Shown here one piece after another: positions 49,958 to 61,628 of a DNA stretch of 64,000 bases; position 1 is the stretch's first letter, and every line of letters starts with the position of its first letter. A program made the position numbers and the translations under genes. The notes under the pieces are model-generated. The model searched no databases. It saw only the letters and a list, made by a program, of their open reading frames with translations, and had not been told where the DNA came from. Source of the DNA: Haliotis rubra (Eukaryota); assembly GCF_003918875.1 (NCBI RefSeq), contig NW_025767250.1, forward strand, positions 310,001 to 374,000, in the 5' to 3' direction.

Positions 49958-52894
49958 AGTTCCCTGATCGTTGTTCATGAATACTGATCACAAGACCTGG
50001 GTAACTTACAGGTTCACATCATGTCTCGTGATTGTGGTGTTAAACATGAGACATAAACACAACTTCAGCCTTTCGAAAGCACCCAACTGCAGCTGGATAT
50101 TTTTGCCCAAATCAACCATAGCTTGGACAGATCACTTCCATTTTATTTTGATACAGTAGGTTATGTGATTATGTGATTGATGGCACAAATCAGTTTGAAA
50201 TGTATTTCTTCTCATTATAAAAGCGAAGTCTTGTTTTGTTCACTATTACACATGTAATGATGTATCAATGTGTCAGTTAATTGCAGTATATTTTGTCACA
50301 TACAAGTGTATCTGTATCAGTTGTCACCTCAATCAAAGCATTACCCAGTCAAACTGAGCCATACCTGGTTCCGTACACCATCAAGTCATGTTGAGAGTAT
50401 TTTAGCCAATGCTCCAAGACTGTACTGTATGCTGAGTCCATAGATGAATAGTAACTCTAACCTTTGAAGAGGCAAGCCTAGATAAGCAGACAGTACCCCA
50501 GTCTGTTGTTTTTTTATTTTTCAGAAATTATCATTTCAAGTTATTTCAACTATTAATTTTTACCTTAGAGACTATTGCAAGTCTAATAATATTACATTTT
50601 CAACCCCTGTCTTCAGAACATTTTGTGCTTTGCAGTTTCACCATGGCTAGCTACATGATTCCCAGGGTTGTCGGTGTCATGGTAACATGTTCCTGGTAAT
50701 TATAGTGGCGCATATAAAAGTTATGTACCGTAAGTATAATGACACAAGTTGAGCATATTCCCAAAACACCAGTCAGTTCCTGTAGCAGTTTACAAATGCC
50801 TACCGTTATTTGGTTTAATGAGACTGTTGTCTGGAAAGCTGTATATTTTTATTCTAACTGACTTACATGCTAACATAATGGCATGGTGTATTCATGACTT
50901 ACATGCTACTTAAAAAATAGAAGACTTATCCGATTTATGATTGTTTGGTTGACATTAATGCAGTACTCTCAGCCACACTGCTGTATGTTTACTGCAGTGA
51001 TAATGCAGAGCCCATTTGTTGTAACCTGATCAGTATATAATCATATACATACATATTGTCTATGTTCCTTAAATGTCAATCACTGAAATTCCTCAAATCA
51101 ATATTATTGTCTGCTATTCATGAGACTCAGGTATCGCATACATTACTCTGCCCTTTATGTTCAGTTTGCTTCTTATAGTAGATGATCTGATTAGTGTATG
51201 ATCAGTGTTTGTGTGAACTGGACCTCTGACGGGGACACCCTACAAAATCTCTCATGACCAAACACCATGAATAAGTGTATGATTTATATAAAATCAATAA
51301 AATCCTTTTTATAATCAAAAAATATTTCACTGTATGATCCAACTCCATGATGTCTCTCCAGACCTATGATGTTGTGATGATCCCAGGTGTCAGGGAAAGG
51401 TTCGAGCTTGTCCTTCCCCACCAGTGACACACCTCACAAACACATGCAAAGCCAAGTCAAATGTCCACCTCAAAACACAGGGGACAAATGATACATGTCA
51501 ACACATGGAAAAACATCAGATATCATATTTGGCCATATTCAAATTTGGAAATTCAAATTAAACGATAATTTGAAATTTGTGATTTGAAAACCAGGAAAAG
51601 TTGTTCTCCAATATTTTATCTCAACTGTCAGTGTGAGCCAGAAGCTTATCCCCACCCTGTAAAAGTATACAAAGGAAAATCCCAGGGGGTGAACAATATG
51701 AGAAGTCTCCAGAACCAATACCTTGTTTAGATTTTGCAGGACACTGAAAACAAAGGAGAATTCTACACTACACAGTCATGAACAGGAGGCCTGAAGTGCC
51801 CAGCATATCCGTATCACTGTGACCTGTGTATGAGCTCTACATACAAAGCCAACCTGTTAACATTTGAGCACTTCCAAGTACATGTGGCACCCACTTTTGA
51901 CAAATGTGTAGCTGTTCAAATTCAATAATGCTGTTGTTGGGTGAGGCATTTGATGACTTGATCCATGACACTTATTTCAAGGTAACCTTACCTGCTCACT
52001 TCAGTAAGTGTTATATGAAGAGATCACAAAAGCAGTGATGACGCCAGGTGTTTGCTAAAATGGTCCTGCCCTACCTGTTAGCAGTAAAGAGACAAACCTG
52101 TCATGTCGCCATCTGTTCCTACCTGGTACCCATTTACTGCTATGTGAATACGACAAATTTGGCTTATCTATGGTCATATACAGTAATATTAATTGATAGA
52201 AGTATCTTTGCATACCTGTCATAAGCAGGTAATCTGTTATGTTTTTACTCATGTTTTGTGAAAAATATAAGCATAAATCCAAGAAAATTTCTGAGATGTG
52301 AGCAGGACTGGTAATAACCCCTCAGCTTCTTGTGGAGCTTAATATCTAAATTGTCAAAATAAGGGTATAATTGCGAGACATATCACCCATATTCTAAAAT
52401 CAGATTTCAAAATAATCATTCATTTCAATAGATATATTGGATTAAAATTGAAAGTAAATAATTCTGATTGAATGTATTTTGATTAAAGAATAATATTTAC
52501 ATTTCCAGCACACATAACCTCTCCGTCATGTGGTTGGTGGCAAGAAAACCCAATATTGGCCCTTTAACATGCAGCAGGTCATATAAGCCAGCGAAGACTG
52601 TCATGTTTCCATGTTACACAAGTGTTATCTAACACCCCATGAGATATGGAACCGCTGCCACGAAAACATCTTCCCAGATTTGTGGGTCTGATGTGGAAAT
52701 GTAATCTGGATTAGGTTGTTTCAATTACATGATAAGTTGTACCTTTGTCCACAGTTTCAGCCCAGAATCAGAGTGAAGACAATCTGGATGATGCAGAATT
52801 TACATGGAGATAAACTGACACAGTGACAGATCAAGATGAGACTATGTTTGACAAGCATTGTCTGTGTGTACTTGTAGACTTCAAATGACTGGTT

Positions 52895-53095
52895 AAAGAC
52901 CCAGAAAACATCTGCTACAGTTCTATAGTTGCAACTTGTCGTGAAGTCGAGACCAGATAGCCCAGTGGTTGATATTGTGAGCAGATGATCCGCATCTGTG
53001 GGGAGCAACACCCATAAGTCATGAAAGTCTTTGAGTCAGACCACCTGATTCATTTGGCCACCTTTTGGAAACAATTCTAACCTGATTCCCCTCAG
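52895..53095 (-). mobile_element. Highly degenerate family B element
   Basis: GACCAGATAGCCCAGTGGTTGAT..TGAGCA..GATC; CAGACCACCTGAT; AATTCTAACCTG. Confidence 0.5.
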
Positions 53096-53159
53096 GGAGA
53101 GCAGTAATGAAGTAAGCTTTCCTATGATTTTGTAACAACTGCTGTATTCAGCCTTTTTC

Positions 53160-53552
53160 TGTGACAAGAATGAATGCTGTTCAGACTTTGACATTTTGAT
53201 GAAATTAAGGTCTGTGTGTTGCTTGAACCTGGTAGACAGGATTATGTGCCTGCCTGACAGAGATAAACTGTTTAAGTTTCCAAAAGAGACTAGGAATTAT
53301 CAGCTGTGGACATTTAGCTGTCTGGACTACGTCAGGAGACTTAGAGCAGAAGGTGACACATGCTGTCACAATAATGGATGGTTCAGCTCACACTTTGACA
53401 ACTTAATTGTACACATAATTTGGTTTTGGTCTCATGAGCATTGTCAAAGGATCCATCACATGGGATAGAATTGTATATCTTGTGAACAGCATACCAGTTG
53501 CAAAGATTTGGCCATTAAACGATTTCTGCCCAATTGCTTTTGGCACCGTCAG
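53160..53552 (+). pseudogene. Possible decayed LINE (CR1/L2/Rex-type) reverse transcriptase N-terminal fragment
   Basis: NSIPVAKIWPLNDFCPIAFGTV resembles RT domain 1 (IPVPK...LNDYRPIALT). The upstream SCLDYVRR..TCC..FDNL weakly resembles domain 0. Confidence 0.4.
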
Positions 53553-53737
53553 TGCTGCATGGAGTGGAGATGGAGAGGGTTGGAGAGTGGGCAGGAGAGT
53601 CGTCTTGCATGGGGGTAACACGAGGGATTGCTGCCCTATTGGTGGGAACCACATCAGTAGATTTCCCTGATGTGCATACTGACATGACCATGACGAGGAC
53701 AGACTTATTAATTGCTGAAATGGGCCATAAGTCAATT

Positions 53738-54081
53738 GACTGTGAGGTTTGAGGGTGATGATTTAGTGAAGTGACTGTGAGGTTTGAGGGTGAGGATTTA
53801 GTGAAGTGACTGTGAGGTTTGAGGGTGAGGATTTAGTGAAGTGACTGTGAGGTTTGAGGGTGAGGATTTAGTGAAGTGACTGTGAGGTTTGAGGGTGAGG
53901 ATTTAGTGAAGTGACTGTGAGGTTTGAGGGTGAGGATTTAGTGAAGTGACTGTGAGGTTTGAGGGTGAGGATTTAGTGAAGTGACTGTGAGGTTTGAGGG
54001 TGAGGATTTAGTGAAGTGACTGTGAGGTTTGAGGGTGAGGATTTAGTGAAGTGACTGTGAGGTTTGAGGCTGAGGATTTAG
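53738..54081. repeat. Minisatellite, 35-bp unit (GACTGTGAGGTTTGAGGGTGAGGATTTAGTGAAGT), ~10 nearly perfect copies
   Basis: Period 35 (53738 and 53773). Confidence 0.98.
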
Positions 54082-55813
54082 TCTTAGGAGGAGCATGATG
54101 TTCTGGTGCATGGATATGGGTCAGGCCATAGAGTCGGGTCAGTGTTTTGTTGTTACCTTGGGAGACGTAATGTGTGTCCCCTGCAATGAGATACTGCATG
54201 AATATTGCCTGTCTGCTCACTCACTCACTCACTGACTCATTCAGCAGAACATGGTGAGTTGACTCGTTCTATATGTTAAAATTGAGACATAAGGCATATT
54301 TGACATGTGAAATCATAAAAATATTTTTCTAAACAGATAAATTCATTATTGTATTATTTTGGTATTGTGACTTGAATATTGCATGCTGCCGGATACAGCA
54401 ATGTACCAAACATCTATCAGCAGTGTCATTGCAGGCTTTCCTCCAATATTTAACTGTCACACTATACAGCATGTGGTAGGAAGAGTTCAAACAATCATTT
54501 CAAATAATAAGACATATTTCTATTTATTATCTGTATTTGCTGAACTTTAGAGGCCATTTAGCATTACATCAAATGCAATAATGGCAAGTCTTTTTGCATC
54601 CATCTGTTTGTTGGTGTTTCCATGAGCTAAGATACATAATAACCCAAGCTTAAACACTGGAGATGTCGATGATCAATGGTGCTGATATCCTTCAGGATAA
54701 CCCTTAGAGTCCTTAACAGAGTCACTGTTCTAATGGACATACATTCTTCTTGCCATTCTATTTATGTCTTGACATGATTCATGTAACATTTTGTTTCCCG
54801 GGTAACATCACATTGATATCAAATGGTGGCCTTAAACCAAACACAATTCCGACAATATTGCATTATTCACTGAATAATGCAGTCAATGTATTGAGTAAAA
54901 GAAAATGAATTTAATGGAATGATTTTTGAACCAGGAATATAATATACAACAGTTACTACTCTGCAAGGGACTTCAAAGATCTCCATCTTCTGACATTTTA
55001 CCCAAACTCCAGTTTTGACACAGCAAAGGACACCAAGAATTTCCAGCTTTTGGCATTAAGTCAAACACTCCAGTTATAATACTGCAAGGGACACCTACAT
55101 AGCAAATCAAACCCTGTTCTTCAGCATGATAAGTGAACCTTATGATCAATAATATGTACAAGTTGAAGGAAAACAATGTCTAGATTTTGTTGCTATGTAT
55201 ATGCTCCAAGGCATACAACTGACAAAGAGGATCAGGTAAAAAGACTGCCAGGGATGGAAGTATATTACATGGCAGAACAATGTCTGAAAGTATGGTAATG
55301 AGCTGTAGTCTGTGTAAAGAGCCTGAGTGCCACATACTGGGTGTGAATGAGTGGGTTCATACCGCTGCAGGTGGCAAGAGAGTCCACCTTGTGTATTGAT
55401 GCAGGCCTGACACTTTCACCTCATTGAGGCCACTAAACAAGATAGAAAGGCCCAGGGAATGGCAGTCCATATGCGAGGAAGGATAAGCTGGAGTTGTGAG
55501 GATTCGCAAATGTCAGTCCATTTCATTCCAGACATGTTTGATTAGTGATATATCAGTGGATCTCACGAGCCAGAGTAACACATTAACACGTCTTGAGTGA
55601 GATACTGAGGCACAAGCCTAGCAACAGTTATTGTGGAGATGTTGTGCAGGATGTCACTCCACGGTCATTCTGTTGCAAAAACAGTAAAACCATCTGTCAG
55701 CAAAATTCTCATCCCAATATCTCACAGCATTCATATTTCCCGATCATAACTCTGTCACCACAGAAGTCATACACGGTGTGCTGTAACATTCACCTGGCCT
55801 GTTGACAGTCTTT

Positions 55814-55923
55814 GAGTGAGTGAGTGGTTTTAGTAATATTCCAGCAATATCAGCAATAATATGGTCTTCAGACATTGTATCCAGTAGTGGATCTAATTCA
55901 GGCCTTCAGTGTGACAAATGAAC
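55814..55923 (-). mobile_element. Degenerate family A SINE fragment
   Basis: (GAGT)n, TTTTAGTAATATTCCAGCAATATCA, ACATTGTATCC, GGCCTTCAGTGTGACAAATGAAC. Confidence 0.6.
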
Positions 55924-56079
55924 AGACCAGGAAGCATGGCTGGCTCAACAGTCACAGAAATGCCATGGAACCGTTGTCTACATGGTTGACCTCTGGCTGG
56001 TCACCTCATACAGATGGTGTAGATACATAGGTGTTTTCAGACTGCCCTGGCAGACACACCTTTGATGGTTAAGCTGTGA

Positions 56080-56450
56080 GAATGGCAGGCAGGAACCTAT
56101 TTTGAAGGTGCTTGGTTTGACTCGGTATGTCTTGATGATAAGTTGACCTGTGTAGGAGCCGCCATGCTATCAGTGACATGGTAGTCCTGTTGATAATCCT
56201 TTCCATAAGTGTTTTATAGTGTTCCTGTTTGGACATTGAGAGCAAGGTACCAGATTGAAGTCTTCCTCTGGCTCGCTACCTGTCACCACCACTGAGGAAT
56301 GCCATGGTGATATCTCGTGAAAACATGTTTTTCTGAACTCTGCACTTGTGGAGATTGCCAAGAGTTGCAGTGACATGGGATTGGATATCTGGCCTTTTAG
56401 ACTGAGGCAGCCTCTCCTAAATGCTTGTTTTGTCTGGCAATACTGGTGGC
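56080..56450 (-). pseudogene. Possible second, internally deleted Tc1 transposase relic
   Basis: CPNRNTIKHLWKGL resembles SPDLNPIEHLWxxL; the upstream HLGEAASV*KARYP resembles RLREAGLKARRP. Confidence 0.35.
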
Positions 56451-58747
56451 CTTAGATGACCTTTGGTCACATTTCTTTGACCTTTTTTCAATATATTTAA
56501 CACAGGTTAAAACTTCACATAAAATGTGTGAATAAAATCTGAATCACAATAATTTATATATATTTATGTGCATTAGACATTGGGGTAGGAAGTGTTGAGT
56601 TGGGGTCAGTTGGGGTCAGTTCACCTTTGGTGTCCTTTAATTCAAGAATTCAGAACTTTAAGTGGCCCAATTTTCATGTTTCTTATTCAGCACTAAGCAG
56701 TGCCAGGATCTGCTGATGATCTTCTAGCAGAGACAATCGAGTGACTGACACAACAAGATACCATGAGAGAGCATGTGTTTATGAATCACTTTCAAATAGA
56801 GATAATACCAGGTTAACTTCAGGCAAGGATCAGTGCCTGTATGGACATTACTCAGAGACATTTATAATTAACCTTGTTAATCTGGACACTATTGACCTGC
56901 AGCTAGACAGTACATGATGGGAATGCACACACCTGGAGAAAGGGGCATAACTCCATACCCTGGTTTATTAATCAAGAATGTTGCAGTAGGAATGACAATT
57001 AACAATTTCAAAAGCTGACTAATGCTTGTTTGCCAGTGGAATTTCTTTTTCCAAACTTTCTTTGCTTATAAACAGTATGAATCATTTTGTATGCTGCTTT
57101 TTAAAAACATAGCTTGTGTGGTACTGACCCTTGCTGAAGTTGTTAATCACTGTCTGACCTACTCCCTTGTTCAACTGATGATGAAATGTGAATCTGTCTC
57201 TGGCTAACATCAGCAGATCCAGTAGCAATTGTAGCAAAGTCTGTCCTTGAGTTCTCTAGCCTGCCAACATGAGGCAGCTAGCAGTCTGTTCTTATTTCAG
57301 CATGGTTCTACAGCCTCATTGTGATGTCATTAGCCTTGTAATCCAGTTCCCTCTCAACTCAGCAGCATAAACAAATATGGAAATATCTCCTGAAACATCC
57401 TTCATATGATCCGGTGAATGGTACACATCTCAAAGTCGCCAGAGTCGGCTTCTTCTTCCTAATTCAAGAATATTTCATGGTAATTCTCAGTTTGGCCTCT
57501 TAATATCAGACTTACTGAAGTATATTTCATGCAAGCTTCTTTATATATGTGCAAGTATTGGCAGTAAAATGTGTTTTATTCCATGCAGATGGTCATCACT
57601 GTTTGTTTATGTGGAGATGCATGCACGTTCTGCACAGAAGCATGTAATGTTAAACTGAGAAACTGTGGTGATTCCTTAACACAGTTATGTCAACAGAATC
57701 AGTGCACCCATTAGAGGGAGGCGAGTGTCTTGATTGAACGTTCAGACCAATAGGTTAACACTCTCCTCCCACCTAAACACATACATGTAGTAATGATTTC
57801 ACCAGGGCCACACAAGGTGATCACCTATTATCCTGTTACGAGAAAGTTTTACAACCCATGTCACTTTAGTAAAACATTAATCACCTTACCTGATATCACT
57901 AACATGAAACCGGCATGAATAATATGAATATTTTAAAGTGCAGAATGCTGTAAGTAACAGTTTATATGCAGAGCACATATTCAAACCTCTCTTTTTTGCT
58001 TTTATTGCTTTTAATCTAAAAGCCTTTACATACATATGAATTCTATTATGGTCTCAATCAAATGTAGTATATTCTCTTACCAATCAACTGTCATTGAAAC
58101 AGTATATTTATGGTCTGAGACCTGTATGCCTTTTCAGATTTTGTTCTAGACTGCTAAGTGCATTAATTATGTATCATAGACAGTTGTGTATGGGGGTCAA
58201 TCATGCAGTTAATACCCTTCTCCTGTGGTGACCGTAAGCAATGACTTGCAGGCAATGTCTGTCAAAGCCTGTTATGGATTGCCCCAAGACTTCACCCCTC
58301 TTGGACTATTTGTCTATATTCAATTATGTCCTGAATAAAATGGTTTGTAGAGTGAGAAAGGTTTGAGTGTCTCCCAAATGAGATGATCTAGTTGTGAGAA
58401 GGTTCAGGTTATGGTCAAACCTTCGATTCTCACAAGATTGTCTCACTGTGAGCACTGTCTGTGTTAAATGTTATACACATAAGTGCTCTTTCAGTGTGTT
58501 TTATCTGTTTTGTCTGTGCAGATATATTTGACACCATCTGTTGTTTACATGTCATGTATATAGTTTCTCAAAAGTACTCTTTCATTTTTTCCTCATTGGA
58601 ACTGTGTTTCATTTCATGATTCCTTCCAGACATTCTGATTCTTTGACAACAAATAATTTCAAATATTACTTTTATTGAATTTTATAAACTAAACAGGCTA
58701 CCAACTGACAGTACAAATGGAGATATATTGATGAATATATTTGTGCT

Positions 58748-58924
58748 GAGTGAGTGAGTTTAATTTTACGCCACACTCAGCAATATTTCAGCTATATGGT
58801 GGCAGTCTGTAAATAATCGAGTCTGGACCAGACAATCCAGTGATCAGCAGCATGAGCATCGATCTACGCAACTGGGATACGATGACGTTTGTCAACCAAG
58901 TCAGCGAGCCTGACCACCCGATCC
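58748..58924 (-). mobile_element. Family B SINE-like retroposon, 5'-truncated
   Basis: Colinear and highly similar to 44588-44764. Confidence 0.92.
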
Positions 58925-59188
58925 TGGTGCTTGATCTGCGATGTGTCGTGTAACTCAGTGTGTATACTGAACATGCCAGCAGTATTAGTGTGGTATGACA
59001 AGTCACATGACATCTACTCTGTCAGCTGACGAGGGAGAAGTTGTACTTGTTGCTGACTATGATATGGTTTGTGTACATATATTTTAGTACTGCTGGCAGC
59101 TATGTCTCAGGTACGTTCTAGCAGTCTCTGAATAATCAGTCCTGAACCAGACAATCCTGTGATGCATCATGAGAATTGATGGAGCTTA

Positions 59189-59652
59189 GGATCTGTATGG
59201 TCACCTGAAATACCTACAGTTAGACATGCACAGGCTGCTGGGGATCTCTGTTCTCACCTGGAATACCCACAGGCAGACAAGCACAGGTTGCTTGGGATCT
59301 GTATGCTCACCTGAAATACCCACAGGTAGACAAGCACAGGCTGCTTGGGATCTGTATGCTCACCTGAAATACCCACAGGCAGACAAGCACAGGTTGCTTG
59401 GGATCTGTATGCTCACCTGAAATACCTACAGGTAGACACGCACAGGTTGCTTGGAATCTGTATGCTCACCTGAAATACCCACAGGTAGACACGCACAGGT
59501 TGCTTGGGATCTGTATGCTCACCTGAAATACCCACAGGTAGACACGCACAGGTTGCTTGGAATCTGTATGCTCACCTGCAAATATTCACAGGTATCAGCC
59601 TCTGGTTTGCTCACCTGAAATACCTACAGGTAGACACATGGTTGCTTGGAAT
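59189..59652. repeat. Minisatellite, 53-bp unit (GGATCTGTATGCTCACCTGAAATACCCACAGGTAGACAAGCACAGGTTGCTTG), ~8 copies
   Basis: Period 53 (59295 and 59348). Confidence 0.96.
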
Positions 59653-60412
59653 CACAACAAACAGGCATCTGTATGTAACTGAAATAAAAGGTTTTATGTG
59701 ACTGTAAGAGCATGCATACATTCACTATCAGCCTCTGGTTTGCCTTCCCATGGTCTGATCACAACAAACAGGCAGCTCCATGTAACTAAAAGGTTTGGTG
59801 ACTTTATGAAATTACTTCACTTGCTCAGTCAGTCACTCTTCTCCTGTTTTTAGATCTAATGAAAAGTTTCCAGAACTTTTTTTCACTTTTAGATTGAGTT
59901 GCACATCTGTGAATTTTCTTTCCTGTTTAGAGTCAGTTATCCCTGTCAGGACCTGCCTTTGATTGTTATCTTGCACGAGTTGAACTTGGAAATTTGAAAT
60001 GTCTGAAAGCTTAAGTGATTGATAATTTTTTCCTTACATACATATTGGTTTGCAGTACCAGTTGGGTTGAAAAGATTTATAAAGTGTATTTGGTATAAAT
60101 TGTGTCTGTCCAGTCATGAAATTCAGGTGAAGTCTTCTGGAAAGTCAAAGACGAATGGCTTAATTTGGAGCCAACCACGCTGATCCCCTGATATAGCCTT
60201 TCCATCCCTTTCTAATTCTGACACTGAGACCAGTTGGTGTGGTGACAGAAGCCATTGGAGGACACCAGCAAAGTCTAAACTAACTGGTCATAGGAATTAG
60301 GACGCTGGGAATCTCATTAGTTATCAAAGTATGTTTCATGTCATCCTGGATATCAATCTTAATGATTTGAAGAATAAGAAGAAGAAGCCTGTTTGGTTAT
60401 TGCCAACCTTCG

Positions 60413-60504
60413 AATGAGCATCAGTGGTGAAGTCTTCACAATCATCTTGTCTTGCCAATGAGCATCAGTGGTGAAGTCTTCACAATCATCTTGTCTTGCC
60501 AATG
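60413..60504. repeat. 44-bp two-copy tandem duplication
   Basis: AATGAGCATCAGTGGTGAAGTCTTCACAATCATCTTGTCTTGCC occurs twice, followed by AATG. Confidence 0.93.
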
Positions 60505-61628
60505 CATGTTGTTGAAAACAGTAAGTGGGTGTTAGTAAGACCTCCTTGAACTTAGATAACTTGGGTATCACAAACTGTTTTTCTGAATTTGTTCTATTAA
60601 AGTGAATAGTGAATAGTTGACTCTTTTGTCATGTTGATTTTTGTCTTGCAAAACACCCCACTGAGTAATAAACACAAAACATCCCACTAATAAACACAAA
60701 ACACCCCACAAGACAATCCAGTGATGAACAGGATAGGCAGTGATCCATTAGGATATCATGACACACGATCAACCAAGTCATCAAGCCAATACATTAAGGA
60801 CTATTCTAACCTGGATTCCTCCAGAAGCAAGTGTAAGAAATATCTTCTACATTACAATTCAGTTTAAAAAATACTTAAATACAATCTTTAAGTATCGAAA
60901 AGAAATCGTCTCACCAATCATATGAAGAATTAATTACTCTCATCAGGAATATGAGAAAAATATTTTCAAAGTGATTTTTAAATTGATACTTGAGGAAATG
61001 TTTGAGACAGATATGACCACTAGTGGATCGAAAGAGGCACTTCTATAGGTGTGTGAAGGCTCTTGAAGTTAATGAAGATGAGATTCTAAGAGATATGAGT
61101 CCCCTCCGATCACTCATCTCTACTGAATCCTGCTGCATCAGTAACAGTGGTGTGAGGAGATCCAGTCTGGTCAAGGAACCAATGCAGGCAGCAGTTTAAC
61201 TGGAATGCAAAGCAGCAAATGAGGAAGTGTAAATTTGTTCATGCACTGATCAATCTGTTGCTGATGTTGTTAATTAACTGTTGCCGATCCTGTTGATGGG
61301 ATAGTGATGAAGCTGCTGACTTGATTTGTCCTGCACCATGTCACATGACTCCTATAGATCAATATGTCATATCTGACAGTCAAGATACCATCTCTGACAG
61401 CAATCAGCATTTGAGTGCAGTAGAGATGATATATTGGAAAGGAGATGATCTATTTTAGAGGTGTGTTAATTTTAGCAGAACGCAGTTATAACATGAGACA
61501 GCATTTACTGTTGCAGTATAGATCTAGGTTAATTATGAACATTTTTAAGCCGGTAATTGTAATTCCTTAGTGGTTATGGATCAGGGAAATTGGATATATT
61601 ATATCTCATTAACTCATCAACCAATTGA

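Noticed and set aside
53738-54081. Telomere-like or G-quadruplex array
   Set aside because: It contains TTTGAGGG but no TTAGGG runs, and has only one G3 tract per 35 bp
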